Shown piece by piece: positions 8,957 through 18,492 of a stretch of 64,000 bases of DNA (its first letter is position 1; every line of letters begins with the position of its first letter). The DNA is from Candidatus Woesearchaeota archaeon. Lineage in GTDB: Archaea > Nanobdellota > Nanobdellia > Woesearchaeales > UBA10216. Made by a program: the position numbers and the translations under genes. The notes under the pieces were generated by a model. That model was not told where the DNA came from, searched no databases, and saw only the letters and a program-made list of their open reading frames with translations. The stretch is from contig JACPCV010000005.1 in NCBI GenBank assembly GCA_016184345.1, forward strand, positions 4,634-68,633. The letters run 5' to 3'.

Positions 8957-10159
8957 ATGAAAGCAGTCGTACTTGCGGCAGGGAAATCAACGCGGCTCCA
9001 TCCGCTTACTGTAAATAGGTCGAAGGTGATGCTGCCTGTTGCAAACACAACGATCCTCGAGTACAATTTACAGCAGCTGCAACAGACAAAGCTAATTGAT
9101 GAAGTCGTGGTTATTGTTGGCTTTGGCAGCGAGGGAATAATGGCAAAATTCGGGAAAAGCTATGGGAAAATTAAGCTTGCCTATGCTTTCCAAACCGGGC
9201 AACTTGGAACTGGGCATGCGCTGCTGCAGGCAGAGAAGTTTGTTGCTTCAGAGAAAAAGTTCCTGGTGATAATGGGTGATGACCTTTACAGCAGCAGTGA
9301 CATCAAAAAGTGCCTGAAGCACGACAGCTGCATTCTCGCAAAAAAAGTTGCGAACGTCAGCAGCTTCGGCAAAATAGTTGCAGACAAAAAAGCGCTTAGG
9401 TCAATAGTTGAAAAGCCTGACGAAAGCGGTTCTGGATGGGCAAACACGGGCTGCTACGTTCTTCCAAATGAAGTATTCCAGCTGCTGAGGAAGCTGAAAA
9501 AAAGTGGCAGGGGCGAGTACGAAATCACTGATGCAATACAGCAGCTGCCAAATGTTGCTGTTGAAGAGGCAGGGTTCTGGCAGCCAATCACCTACCCTTG
9601 GTCGCTTTTGGAAGCAAATGAATCATTGCTGCGGCAGAAGGAGAAAAGCAAGCTGGAAATATCAAAATTCGCTGTTGTGGAAAAATACGCCACGCTGAAA
9701 GGGTTTGTTGCTGTCGGCAAAGGGACACTCATAAGGAATGGCGCATATATTGAAGGCCCTGTTGTGATTGGCGAAGGCTGCATGATAGGCCCAAACTGCT
9801 TTATCAGGCCGTATACGTCAATTGGAAACGGCTGCAGGGTGGGTAATGCTGTTGAAGTCAAGAATTCCATACTGATGGACAACGTTACCATTGGACATCT
9901 TAGCTACTGCGGCGATTCTGTCATTGGCAGCAACGTCAATTTTGGTGCAGGCACTATAACTGCCAACCTCCGCCACGATGACGGCAATGTCAAGTCAATG
10001 GTCAAGGGACAGCTTGTTGACACCGGCAGGAGAAAGCTGGGCACAATAATCGGCGACAACGCAAAGACAGCAATCCACACCTCAATCTATCCCGGAAGGA
10101 AAATATGGCTGGGAAAGACGACGCTGCCGGGAGAGGTTGTAAAGAAGGACTTATTCTGA
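8957..10159 (+). CDS. glmU: Bifunctional sugar-1-phosphate nucleotidylyltransferase/acetyltransferase (archaeal GlmU)
   Basis: LAAGKSTRL, RGEYEITDA, hexapeptide LbH region, GNAVEVKNS, NFGAGTITANLRHD. Confidence 0.93.
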   Translation: MKAVVLAAGKSTRLHPLTVNRSKVMLPVANTTILEYNLQQLQQTKLIDEVVVIVGFGSEGIMAKFGKSYGKIKLAYAFQTGQLGTGHALLQAEKFVASEKKFLVIMGDDLYSSSDIKKCLKHDSCILAKKVANVSSFGKIVADKKALRSIVEKPDESGSGWANTGCYVLPNEVFQLLRKLKKSGRGEYEITDAIQQLPNVAVEEAGFWQPITYPWSLLEANESLLRQKEKSKLEISKFAVVEKYATLKGFVAVGKGTLIRNGAYIEGPVVIGEGCMIGPNCFIRPYTSIGNGCRVGNAVEVKNSILMDNVTIGHLSYCGDSVIGSNVNFGAGTITANLRHDDGNVKSMVKGQLVDTGRRKLGTIIGDNAKTAIHTSIYPGRKIWLGKTTLPGEVVKKDLF

Positions 10160-10163
10160 TTAT

Positions 10164-10898
10164 TTACGAATCTTGCGCCATATCTTGCCGATTATACACG
10201 TGCGTCTTAGGCACTAAAACTAAAAGCTGCTCTTGTAACTCTCTTTCTATGTGAGGGTCACCTTCCCGAAATGGCTTTGCTAAGTAAAGCACAGGCACGC
10301 CTTCTGAAAAAGGAACATCGCCTTTTACAGGCACGGTTAAGGCAGGCTTCCTTCCACTGCCTGACTCTGCGTAGATATAAGTTGCACCTTTAATCACCAA
10401 ATAAGATCGTTCTGGAGTTCTTACACTTAAAAAAGGCACTTTCCCTATTACCACGCTCAATAGCCCCTCCCTGGGCTGGTTATACAATACTTGTTCATAC
10501 CTAAAACTAAGATGAGAATCATTACTGTGTCGCTCTGCTTCTATTTCAAGATCTGCAAAAGCTCGCCGCCGGGAAAGTGCAGCAATGCCCCCATGATAAA
10601 TAAAAAAGTGGCTCCACATGTCAAAAATAAAAGACTGCTCAGTTACGTTAAGGGGGCTTATCGCGTCATTTACATATTCTAAAGCACCATCTCCATAGTG
10701 CTCCAAAATAAGGCTTTTTGGAAACTTTCCGGCATCGTAAGGCACCATGATTTTTCCAGCAGCTTTTCTCGCTTCCTTAATGGCCGCAGCATTATTTTCA
10801 ACCATACCGCTTTGAGCCAAACCCAGAATTTCCTGCAAAGACTTGCCTGCCATACTAACTGTGGAGTTGAGAATCGTATAAAAATTTGCTGCCGGCAT
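10164..10898 (-). CDS. Hypothetical protein
   Basis: 244-aa ORF, no recognised motif. Confidence 0.6.
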   Translation of the reverse strand: MPAANFYTILNSTVSMAGKSLQEILGLAQSGMVENNAAAIKEARKAAGKIMVPYDAGKFPKSLILEHYGDGALEYVNDAISPLNVTEQSFIFDMWSHFFIYHGGIAALSRRRAFADLEIEAERHSNDSHLSFRYEQVLYNQPREGLLSVVIGKVPFLSVRTPERSYLVIKGATYIYAESGSGRKPALTVPVKGDVPFSEGVPVLYLAKPFREGDPHIERELQEQLLVLVPKTHVYNRQDMAQDS

Positions 10899-10936
10899 TC
10901 ACTTCGGGAAATTAGCCCACAGAAAGCGTGGGAGGC

Positions 10937-11161
10937 TCAGGTTATGACCAACTGGTCTCTCAGGCCTTCTCCGCTATAATCGTAATACTCTTTCATAACC
11001 TCCAGCGGGAACTGTTCAGGGTCCCACGGCCTTATCAGTTCTGCAGCTGCGCGTGTAGCTTTTCCTACTGCGTCTGCTGCGGTTTTGTCACCGTGTGCAT
11101 CTGTTACAATTGCAAGTATCGACTCCAGAGACATCCCCATACAGAAACGAGTATAAGGCAA
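10937..11161 (-). CDS. Small hypothetical protein
   Basis: 74-aa ORF directly after trmI; weak support. Confidence 0.35.
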   Translation of the reverse strand: MPYTRFCMGMSLESILAIVTDAHGDKTAADAVGKATRAAAELIRPWDPEQFPLEVMKEYYDYSGEGLRDQLVIT

Positions 11162-11163
11162 AA

Positions 11164-11910
11164 CTATTTATGAATCTTTCTCACAAACGTCAAGAACCCT
11201 GAATGCCCTATCTGCTGCGACAGCGGCCTTACAACCCTCTCGTTGAACTCCCACTCCCGCTCAATCACCTCAATCGTCTTCACGAGAACAAGGCCCTTGT
11301 TTTTTAATGCAGCTGCAACGAAATCGCTCACCTGTGGGGTTGTTGGCGAGTACGAGACAATGAAGCCGCCTGCCTTGAGCGCCTTTGCTGCAGCGTCAAC
11401 AGCCCTCCACGGCTCAGGCAGGTCAAGCGTTACAACGTCAACGTTCTTCTCATCAATGCCTTCGTAAACGCTTTTGTTTTTCAGCAGGATGTTCTTCATC
11501 TGCAGGAACCTGATGTTCTCAGCAGCCACCTTTGCAAAATCATCTCTAAGCTCGTATGTAACGACCTTTTTTGCAATGTTGCCCAGGAATAATGCAAGCG
11601 CTCCTGAGCCTGTACCTGCATCAACAACAACACTGTCCTTTCCTATGCCTGTCTCAGCGATGATGGCTGCAACATCCTTTCTCGGGATAATCTGCGGAGC
11701 CCTTTTAATCCTGTTGTAAGAGTCTATGAACGATGGCTCAAAAGCAAAGAGCACTTTTCCCGTATTCGTCTTCACAGCATCGCCAGAGGCCGCTTTTGCA
11801 AGGATGCCCTTGCCAATAAAGCCAAACTGGGTGTGGAAGTCTTCGCTAACGTTGCGGACGTAGAACTTCTTCCCGTCATCAGCGATGAGTATTTTTTTAA
11901 TCGGCTCCAT
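11164..11910 (-). CDS. trmI: tRNA (adenine-N1, A57/58) methyltransferase TrmI/Gcd14
   Basis: DFHTQFG, PQIIPRKD, DAGTGSGAL, LDLPEPW, GHSGFL. Confidence 0.95.
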   Translation of the reverse strand: MEPIKKILIADDGKKFYVRNVSEDFHTQFGFIGKGILAKAASGDAVKTNTGKVLFAFEPSFIDSYNRIKRAPQIIPRKDVAAIIAETGIGKDSVVVDAGTGSGALALFLGNIAKKVVTYELRDDFAKVAAENIRFLQMKNILLKNKSVYEGIDEKNVDVVTLDLPEPWRAVDAAAKALKAGGFIVSYSPTTPQVSDFVAAALKNKGLVLVKTIEVIEREWEFNERVVRPLSQQIGHSGFLTFVRKIHK

Positions 11911-11999
11911 TTGAAACCTGCAAGAAACGGCGCTATAAAAATCCTTCTACTGCAGAAAATAAGGAAAAGAGAATTAAAAGCAGCTAAAAATGAGCGCGA

Positions 12000-12128
12000 T
12001 TACCACTCATCATCGTCGCCGCTGGTGTCGTCGAAGTCATCGCCTTCGTCCTCGTCACCGCCGTCGCCTCCGAACTCATCACTTAGCTCCTTTGCGGTCT
12101 TCAGTAAATCAAACATCTGGTGCGCCAT
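12000..12128 (-). CDS. 42-aa acidic microprotein (not in ORF track)
   Basis: MAHQMFDLLKTAKELSDEFGGDGGDEDEGDDFDDTSGDDDEW*, preceded by strong SD GAGGTGAGG (12131-12140). Confidence 0.65.
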   Translation of the reverse strand: MAHQMFDLLKTAKELSDEFGGDGGDEDEGDDFDDTSGDDDEW

Positions 12129-12193
12129 CTACCTCACCTCTGGGTTTGGCTGCTGGCAACCCTTTTCATATTTAAAGGTTTTGGTCGCAAGTT

Positions 12194-13042
12194 TCAGACT
12201 TTGAAGTATTCTACACCGCTGCTTTCAAGAAGCTCCTTCACCCTCTGCTTTTCGCTACCAAGGCCTTTCCAGTCAAGAACAATGCCCTTTGCTTCTGGCA
12301 TGCAAGCTGCCATCGCCTGCTGCAGCAGATGCGGTGTCAGCAGGCTAAGCGCGTGCTTCGGGCAGATGTGGCCGACTGCGTAGCCTGTCTCAAGCATGAG
12401 CTTCCTGAAGCTGCTTCCATAATGCAAGCCGCCAAGAGCAACAACAGGAATGTGCTTCTCAGAATTTTCCTCCATTGCAGCAAAATCACCAAGGCCGCCA
12501 ACCAGCGAGTCAGCCACCATAGAAGCGAGCTTCTCATCCTTCCACTCCTTCTCGGTGCTGCCAACCTCAATGAAAACAGCCGGCTTTTCAACAAAAGGGC
12601 CGTGGTGGGTGGCTTCCTGCACAACTTCCCCGGCATAGCCACTACTTTTCGCAACCGCTGATAGGTTCTGCAGGAAAAGCTTCAGCAGTGAAGGCGAAGT
12701 GGGGCAGACTGTGCTGTCCCTGCCGCCAAGCTCTGCCCTGCCCCAGTTGCCAATGGAATGAGTGGTCAGGGCCGGGACTCCTGCCTTGCTGGCGTGCCTT
12801 GTTGCGAAAACAAGAATGTCTGCATTGATGCGCTTGTCAATGTTTTCGCAGCGCACAGGCTCTGCTGCTGCTGTAAATAATTTTGCTTCATAATCCTCAA
12901 CTGGCAGGGTGTAAATTGGAGAGCTATCAAAAGTTTCGCCTTTTACCTCTTCAAAGCCGTAGCTCTTCAGCAGCTGCTGCTTAATTGTCATTCCAGCAAT
13001 GTCTTTGGCAGAAACAACGATTGCTATTGCGCTTTTTCCCAT
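12194..13042 (-). CDS. dtdA: Archaeal D-aminoacyl-tRNA deacylase (DTD2/GEK1 family)
   Basis: FATRHAS, LTTHSIGN, EATHHGP, FIEVGSTE, LGGLHY, LDWKG. Confidence 0.92.
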   Translation of the reverse strand: MGKSAIAIVVSAKDIAGMTIKQQLLKSYGFEEVKGETFDSSPIYTLPVEDYEAKLFTAAAEPVRCENIDKRINADILVFATRHASKAGVPALTTHSIGNWGRAELGGRDSTVCPTSPSLLKLFLQNLSAVAKSSGYAGEVVQEATHHGPFVEKPAVFIEVGSTEKEWKDEKLASMVADSLVGGLGDFAAMEENSEKHIPVVALGGLHYGSSFRKLMLETGYAVGHICPKHALSLLTPHLLQQAMAACMPEAKGIVLDWKGLGSEKQRVKELLESSGVEYFKV

Positions 13043-13197
13043 GTACCTTTGGACTGGCTGCGGATTTATTAATAAATTTTAGCCATGCAAGGCGAAAAGG
13101 CGTGAAACCGCAACACCGTATAGTATGTATAAGCGTAATCTTTATATATGAGTATACTAATTAGTATATTGGTTATGTGTGCTGTTGAGGTAAAAGC

Positions 13198-13524
13198 ATG
13201 TCAAAAAGAGTGAGTGAGGTTATAGCTATGCTCAACTACGAGGAGCTCGTAGACCTCCAGAGAGACCTGTTTGGAGGCGGGACAACCATAAAGCAGGTTG
13301 TCAACAACAGGATAAGGGAAGTAAATGATTCCCAGACAAGGGTATGCGCGACATGCGGGAACACCGTTAACCTGAGCCTCAACCATGAGTACACGCTGAT
13401 ATTCGGTCCAAAAGACCTGAAGAAAAGGGCAAGCTTCTGCGCAGTTGACTGCCTGGAATACTTCTTTGTCCAGCTCAAAAGCATAAGCGAGAAAAGGCTG
13501 CAGTCATCAAAGCAGGAAAGGTAG
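13198..13524 (+). CDS. Hypothetical protein with CxxC...CxxxC zinc-binding motif
   Basis: CATCG and FCAVDC. Confidence 0.7.
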   Translation: MSKRVSEVIAMLNYEELVDLQRDLFGGGTTIKQVVNNRIREVNDSQTRVCATCGNTVNLSLNHEYTLIFGPKDLKKRASFCAVDCLEYFFVQLKSISEKRLQSSKQER

Positions 13525-13588
13525 GAGCAAGCTTTCTGGCAGATTACGATTGTAAAGATATTTAAAACACCGCCTCGTTCCGAAACTC

Positions 13589-14137
13589 ATGGCAGAGTAT
13601 TCGTATGAGCTGAAGATACCGCTTGCAAGGGTTGCAGTGCTGATTGGAAAAGGCGGGAGCGTGAAAAAAGACATAGAGGACGCTACAGGGACAAAGCTCC
13701 AGATTGACTCTGCAGAAGGCGATGTTTTCATAACCGGCGAGGATGCTCTTGGCCTTTACACTGCAAGGGAGGTCATCACCGCAGTCGGGAGGGGCTTCAA
13801 CCCCGAGCTTGCCAAGCTGCTGCTGCGGCAGGATTACGCATCAGAGCAGATAGACATAGAAGACTACGCCAAAACCAAAAAGCACGAAATAAGGGTCAGG
13901 GGCAGGGTAATCGGGGCAGAAGGGAAGGCAAGGAAAGTCATTGAGGAGCTCACAGAGTGCCACATATCAGTTTACGGAAAGACAATCACAATCATAGGCG
14001 AGCTTGAAGGAGTGACAATGTGCAAGCGGGCGATAGAAAAGCTGCTGGGCGGAAGCCAGCACTCAGGGGTATACCGCTGGCTTGAGAAGCAAAGGAAGGA
14101 AATGAAGAGGAAAAGGGCGATAAGCCAGTTTGAGTGA
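13589..14137 (+). CDS. KH-domain rRNA-processing protein (Dim2/Pno1 family)
   Basis: VLIGKGG, AVGRGF, GRVIGAEG, YGKTITIIG, GSQHSGVY. Confidence 0.93.
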   Translation: MAEYSYELKIPLARVAVLIGKGGSVKKDIEDATGTKLQIDSAEGDVFITGEDALGLYTAREVITAVGRGFNPELAKLLLRQDYASEQIDIEDYAKTKKHEIRVRGRVIGAEGKARKVIEELTECHISVYGKTITIIGELEGVTMCKRAIEKLLGGSQHSGVYRWLEKQRKEMKRKRAISQFE

Positions 14138-14143
14138 ACAAAG

Positions 14144-15853
14144 ATGGCAGACATAAAAGGCATTGATACAGAATCAAAGGCAGTTGAGCTCGGAGAAAGG
14201 CAAAGGTCCATTTCCATTGCAGAATTCTTTGAGAAGAACAGGCACCTGCTCGGCTTTGACAACAAAAGGAAAGCGCTTCTCACTGCAGTAAAAGAGGCGG
14301 TTGATAATTCGTTGGACGCCTGTGAAGAGGCAAGGGTGCTGCCGGAAGTGACAGTTTCACTTACCGAGCTCAGCGAGGACAGGTTCCACCTTGTGGTTGA
14401 GGACAACGGCCCAGGCATCGTGAAAAACCAGATACCGCAGGTGTTTGCAAGGCTGCTTTATGGGAGCAAGTTCCACAAATTAGCGCAGTCAAGAGGCCAG
14501 CAGGGGCTCGGAATAAGCGCGGCAATCCTTTATGCCCAGCTCACAACCGGAAAGCCGGCAAAGATTGTTTCAAGAATCTCGCCCAAAAAGCCGGCTCATT
14601 ACTACGAGCTCAGGATTGACGTGGAGAAAAACACGCCCCAAATCCTAAAGGAGGAAGAAATTGTCTGGCAGAAGGAGCACGGCACGAAGATAGAGATGGA
14701 GCTTGAAGCCACCTACCAGAAAGGCATGCAGTCGGTTGATGAATACCTCAAGCAGACAGCAATCATCAATCCCCATGCCACCATAGTCTACATGTCGCCA
14801 AAAGCAGAGCAGTTCATCTATTCCAGGGCAACAGACAAGCTCCCCCCGCTGCCGAGGGAGATAAAGCCGCACCCTTACGGAGTTGAAATCGGGCTGCTGA
14901 TGAGGATGCTTTCCTCAACAACAAGCAGGACGCTGCAGTCGTTCCTGATGAACGAGTTCTCAAGGGTGGGGGCTGAAACTGCAAAGGAAATCTGCGAAAA
15001 CGCAGCACTCCTCCCAAGCCAGAAGCCAACTGAGCTCACGAGGGAGCACGCCGAGAAGCTTATTGCCGGGATAAAGAACACGAGGATAATCTCTCCCCCG
15101 ACAGACTGCATCTCGCCAATCGGCGAGGAGCTCATTGAAAAGGGCCTGAAGAAGGAGATTGCAGCGGAGTTCTACTGCTCAACAACCAGGCCGCCTGCTG
15201 TGTACAGGGGAAATCCATTTGTCCTTGAGTGTGGAATCGCATATGGCGGCCAGCTCCCGGCAGAACAGCCAGTAACTGTGCTGCGCTTTGCCAACAAGGT
15301 GCCATTGCTCTACCAGCAGGGGGCATGCGGAATAACCGAGGCAATCACAGAGACAAACTGGAAATCATACGGGTTGCAGCAGTCAGGGAACAGCGTCCCG
15401 GCTGGGCCGGCAGTAGTGCTTGTCCACATGGCATCAGTCTGGGTACCCTTCACTTCAGAAGCCAAAGAAGCATTGGCGCACTATCCTGAAATAATGAAGG
15501 AGATTAAGCTTGCAGTGCAGGAGTGCGGAAGAAAGCTGTCAATTTACGTCAACAAGAAGCACCACGCGCAGAGGCAGCTTGAAAGGGCCAACCTGTTTGA
15601 GGCGTACATTCCTGAAATCGCTGACAGCCTGGCCGCACTTACCGGAGTTGCAAAGACACCGCTCCTTGACAAGCTCAACTCAACCCTCAAAAAGGAAGAG
15701 ATACAGGCGCAGCTTGAAGTAAGGATTCCGGAAGTTGAGGAGGACATGAGGCTGCCAACAAAGCACGGCAGCAACGGCAGTGAAGATGAGGAGGAGCCGG
15801 CATCCAAGCCGCTTACTAAGAAAAAGAAAGAGGAACAAAAGAAGCTAAAATGA
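14144..15853 (+). CDS. top6B: DNA topoisomerase VI subunit B
   Basis: SIAEFFEKN, KEAVDNSLDA, EDNGPGI, SRGQQGLGIS, RFANKVPL. Confidence 0.98.
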   Translation: MADIKGIDTESKAVELGERQRSISIAEFFEKNRHLLGFDNKRKALLTAVKEAVDNSLDACEEARVLPEVTVSLTELSEDRFHLVVEDNGPGIVKNQIPQVFARLLYGSKFHKLAQSRGQQGLGISAAILYAQLTTGKPAKIVSRISPKKPAHYYELRIDVEKNTPQILKEEEIVWQKEHGTKIEMELEATYQKGMQSVDEYLKQTAIINPHATIVYMSPKAEQFIYSRATDKLPPLPREIKPHPYGVEIGLLMRMLSSTTSRTLQSFLMNEFSRVGAETAKEICENAALLPSQKPTELTREHAEKLIAGIKNTRIISPPTDCISPIGEELIEKGLKKEIAAEFYCSTTRPPAVYRGNPFVLECGIAYGGQLPAEQPVTVLRFANKVPLLYQQGACGITEAITETNWKSYGLQQSGNSVPAGPAVVLVHMASVWVPFTSEAKEALAHYPEIMKEIKLAVQECGRKLSIYVNKKHHAQRQLERANLFEAYIPEIADSLAALTGVAKTPLLDKLNSTLKKEEIQAQLEVRIPEVEEDMRLPTKHGSNGSEDEEEPASKPLTKKKKEEQKKLK

Positions 15854-16941
15854 CAGCCAAAGAAAAAACAATTGCAAAGGAGAAGATAGTGCAGCTCGGA
15901 AAAAAACTCGTGTCTGACATAGAGAAAGGCACAAACCCGAACATAGAAGTCCCAATAAGGTCGCTGAGCAACATAAGCTTTGACACAAAGGCAAAAACAC
16001 TCGTGCTTGGCGAAAAGAAGGCAAAGCGCTTCTTCTTCAACGTCGGCCATGTCAGGAAGTTCGTGCAGACGCTTGAGATTGCAAAGATAGCAAAGACGCT
16101 GCTTGAAGCAAGCAAGCACGCCAGCCTCAGGGACGTTTTCTACATGGCGAAAAGGACAATAAAGGGAACAAGCATAAACATCGTGGACGAACAGCCTGAG
16201 ACAGACAACGCGATTGAGGACCTTGAGCTAATAACAGACCTGAGCAGGGAGCAGCTCTACATGAACGCCAACAAGATGGGCTCTGTCGCAGGCAAGGTTG
16301 TAATTGAAGACAAGGGCGACACCATCGACTGGGGCAAGCTCGGCTCAGGAGGCTGGAGCATACCAAGCAACGTAGAGGAAATAGAGTTCAAGAAGGTCAC
16401 TGCAAACTACCTAATTTACATGGAAAAAGCAGCTGTCTGGGAAAGGTTGCATGAGGACAAGTTCTGGGAGAAGCAGAACTGCATAATAATGAGCTCGCAG
16501 GGCCAGACAACAAGAGGGGTAAGAAGGCTGCTGCAGCGGCTCCACACAGAGCACAACCTGCCGGTTTACGTGCTCACGGACTTTGACAGCTACGGGCTTT
16601 ACATCTACAGCGTCATAAAGTTCGGCTCAATTGGGCTGGCGCACATGGCAGAATCGCTCGCAATACCCTCTGTCAAGTTCCTGGGAATAACCGCTGACGA
16701 CATCAACAACTACGACCTGAAAAAGCACTTCATCAAGATGAAGGATGTTGACATCGCCAGGCTGAAGCAGATCGCTGACTACGACTGGTTCAAGAACAAC
16801 AAGGCATGGCAGAGGCAGTTCAAGATGATGAAGGACTTCGGCAGCAAGGTGGAAATACAGGCGCTTTCATCCAAGGGAATTACATTCATCTCCGACACAT
16901 ACCTGCCTGAGAAGATAAGGAAGAAGGATTTCATTGATTGA
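15850..16941 (+). CDS. top6A: DNA topoisomerase VI subunit A
   Basis: LRDVFY, EKAAV toprim, DFDSYG, VEIQAL. Confidence 0.97.
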   Translation: MTAKEKTIAKEKIVQLGKKLVSDIEKGTNPNIEVPIRSLSNISFDTKAKTLVLGEKKAKRFFFNVGHVRKFVQTLEIAKIAKTLLEASKHASLRDVFYMAKRTIKGTSINIVDEQPETDNAIEDLELITDLSREQLYMNANKMGSVAGKVVIEDKGDTIDWGKLGSGGWSIPSNVEEIEFKKVTANYLIYMEKAAVWERLHEDKFWEKQNCIIMSSQGQTTRGVRRLLQRLHTEHNLPVYVLTDFDSYGLYIYSVIKFGSIGLAHMAESLAIPSVKFLGITADDINNYDLKKHFIKMKDVDIARLKQIADYDWFKNNKAWQRQFKMMKDFGSKVEIQALSSKGITFISDTYLPEKIRKKDFID

Positions 16942-17824
16942 GTTTAAGTTGAGTTGCTTGATTCCTTTGTTGAACTGGCTTTTGATCACAAATGTTATAA
17001 AATTCGCACCATTTACATTTCCACGCATTATTTATGCCTACTGGAATAGCTTTCCTTTTTCCTGACCAGAAACCTTCAACAAAGTTACAGTCTCTCTCAA
17101 AATTCAGTGCATCAAAAGAGAATTCGTCAATACCGATTAGTTCTTTAGTTTCTTGGTATTCATACCTGATTTGCATTGTTTTCTCTGGGAGAGGTAACTT
17201 TTTGAAAAGACTGAAAGTTGTATCAATTAGTCTTTTAATGTTTGGCTCAATCGTCTGACCTATTTCCCTTATCTGTTTTTTAAACTCATTGCTTATTTTA
17301 TCAGAATCACCAAAGTTATAAACCTTCATAATATCATCTGTCTGGAATTTTCCTGAGATGATGTCGCTGATTAACTTATGGTATAGCATTAATTGGAATT
17401 TTGTGGTTCTTTTTTGGGCTTCGCTTGGCAAAGTATTATTTTTCCTAGTCTTTGTATCTAGAATAAACAGAGATTTTCCCCTCTTCTGTAATTCGTCTAT
17501 GGAGCCCAGAATAAATAAAGAGTTAATCCTGCCAAAAATAGAAAGCTCTCGCGTCATTCTCTCATTAATTAGTCTTTTTAATCCTACTTGTGCATTATGA
17601 ATTTTCAACGCAATTCTATCGGCTTGTGTTTTCGGTTCTACTGTAATCAAAATAGCAACTTCCTCATGTAAATTCTTGTGTCTTTCCTTGCCTTTGCTCA
17701 TTTCTTCCGTTTCTATCCTACCTTTTTCAAGACTGAATTCAAGTTGCTTCTCGCACCAAAGTTGAGCAGACAAATCTGTAACAGCCACGCCATACGGTCT
17801 ATACTCTTGAATAAGATTTACCAT
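16931..17824 (-). CDS. Exonuclease V (Exo5)-like PD-(D/E)xK nuclease with 4-Cys Fe-S motif
   Basis: VTDLSAQLWCEKQ, GSIDEL, DTKTR, QLMLY, C-terminal CKWCEFYNIC; AT-rich. Confidence 0.82.
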   Translation of the reverse strand: MVNLIQEYRPYGVAVTDLSAQLWCEKQLEFSLEKGRIETEEMSKGKERHKNLHEEVAILITVEPKTQADRIALKIHNAQVGLKRLINERMTRELSIFGRINSLFILGSIDELQKRGKSLFILDTKTRKNNTLPSEAQKRTTKFQLMLYHKLISDIISGKFQTDDIMKVYNFGDSDKISNEFKKQIREIGQTIEPNIKRLIDTTFSLFKKLPLPEKTMQIRYEYQETKELIGIDEFSFDALNFERDCNFVEGFWSGKRKAIPVGINNAWKCKWCEFYNICDQKPVQQRNQATQLKLNQ

Positions 17825-18375
17825 TCAACCACAACCTCCCTTTCGCCTAAACTTTTACCATATTCCTTATGATCGTACTTTAGTTTCCCAACCTTTTTCC
17901 CGTGATTAAAAACAGCTTGGGTAATTTTTAAATCGTTAAGTAGGTACTCCATAACTTCTTCGCGATGTCCATCTCTCCACATTTTTGGAATTTTAATTCC
18001 ATCAGCAGTCTTTCCCATGCCTAAATTCCTTCTGGCAAGGTCATCTAATGAAATCCAGCATCCGGTAAGCTTTTTTAAATCATGAAACATATCGAATGTT
18101 TTTGGCTGTAGTAATTCAACAACATCTTGCTGTATGTAAGGCTGAAGAGCCAAATAGTCAAACCGCAATAGATTGTGTCCAACTATTAAGTCAGCTTTAG
18201 CCAACTCACTTAGCAACTTATTAGCATGGTCTTCATGAAATAAGGTGGGTTTATTATTTAAAAGGATACCAGCAACTGCTAATTTAAGTCTTCGTGGGTC
18301 TCGACTTTCCCAGTCAATCATTCCAAGTTCTTGAAATGTGTATTGCGTCTCTAAGTCAAAAAATACGGTATTCAT
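17818..18375 (-). CDS. RNase H-like/DEDD 3'-5' exonuclease (YprB/RNase_H_2-like)
   Basis: FFDLETQ, VGHNLLRFDY, SLDDLAR, YLLNDLKIT; AT-rich; overlaps the Exo5 start. Confidence 0.85.
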   Translation of the reverse strand: MNTVFFDLETQYTFQELGMIDWESRDPRRLKLAVAGILLNNKPTLFHEDHANKLLSELAKADLIVGHNLLRFDYLALQPYIQQDVVELLQPKTFDMFHDLKKLTGCWISLDDLARRNLGMGKTADGIKIPKMWRDGHREEVMEYLLNDLKITQAVFNHGKKVGKLKYDHKEYGKSLGEREVVVEW

Positions 18376-18492
18376 TGTAGTTTGGCGGTTATTCAATTAC
18401 CACTGTTATTTATATACCTTACCCACCCAAATGTCCAGTGTCCAGTGGGATGCTGCAAACCTTTAAATCCTCAGCCAAGTAAGAAGAAGTCA

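Noticed and set aside
16931-17824. cas4 of a CRISPR-Cas locus
   Set aside because: No array or other cas genes in the window; the N-terminal motif fits Exo5 better.
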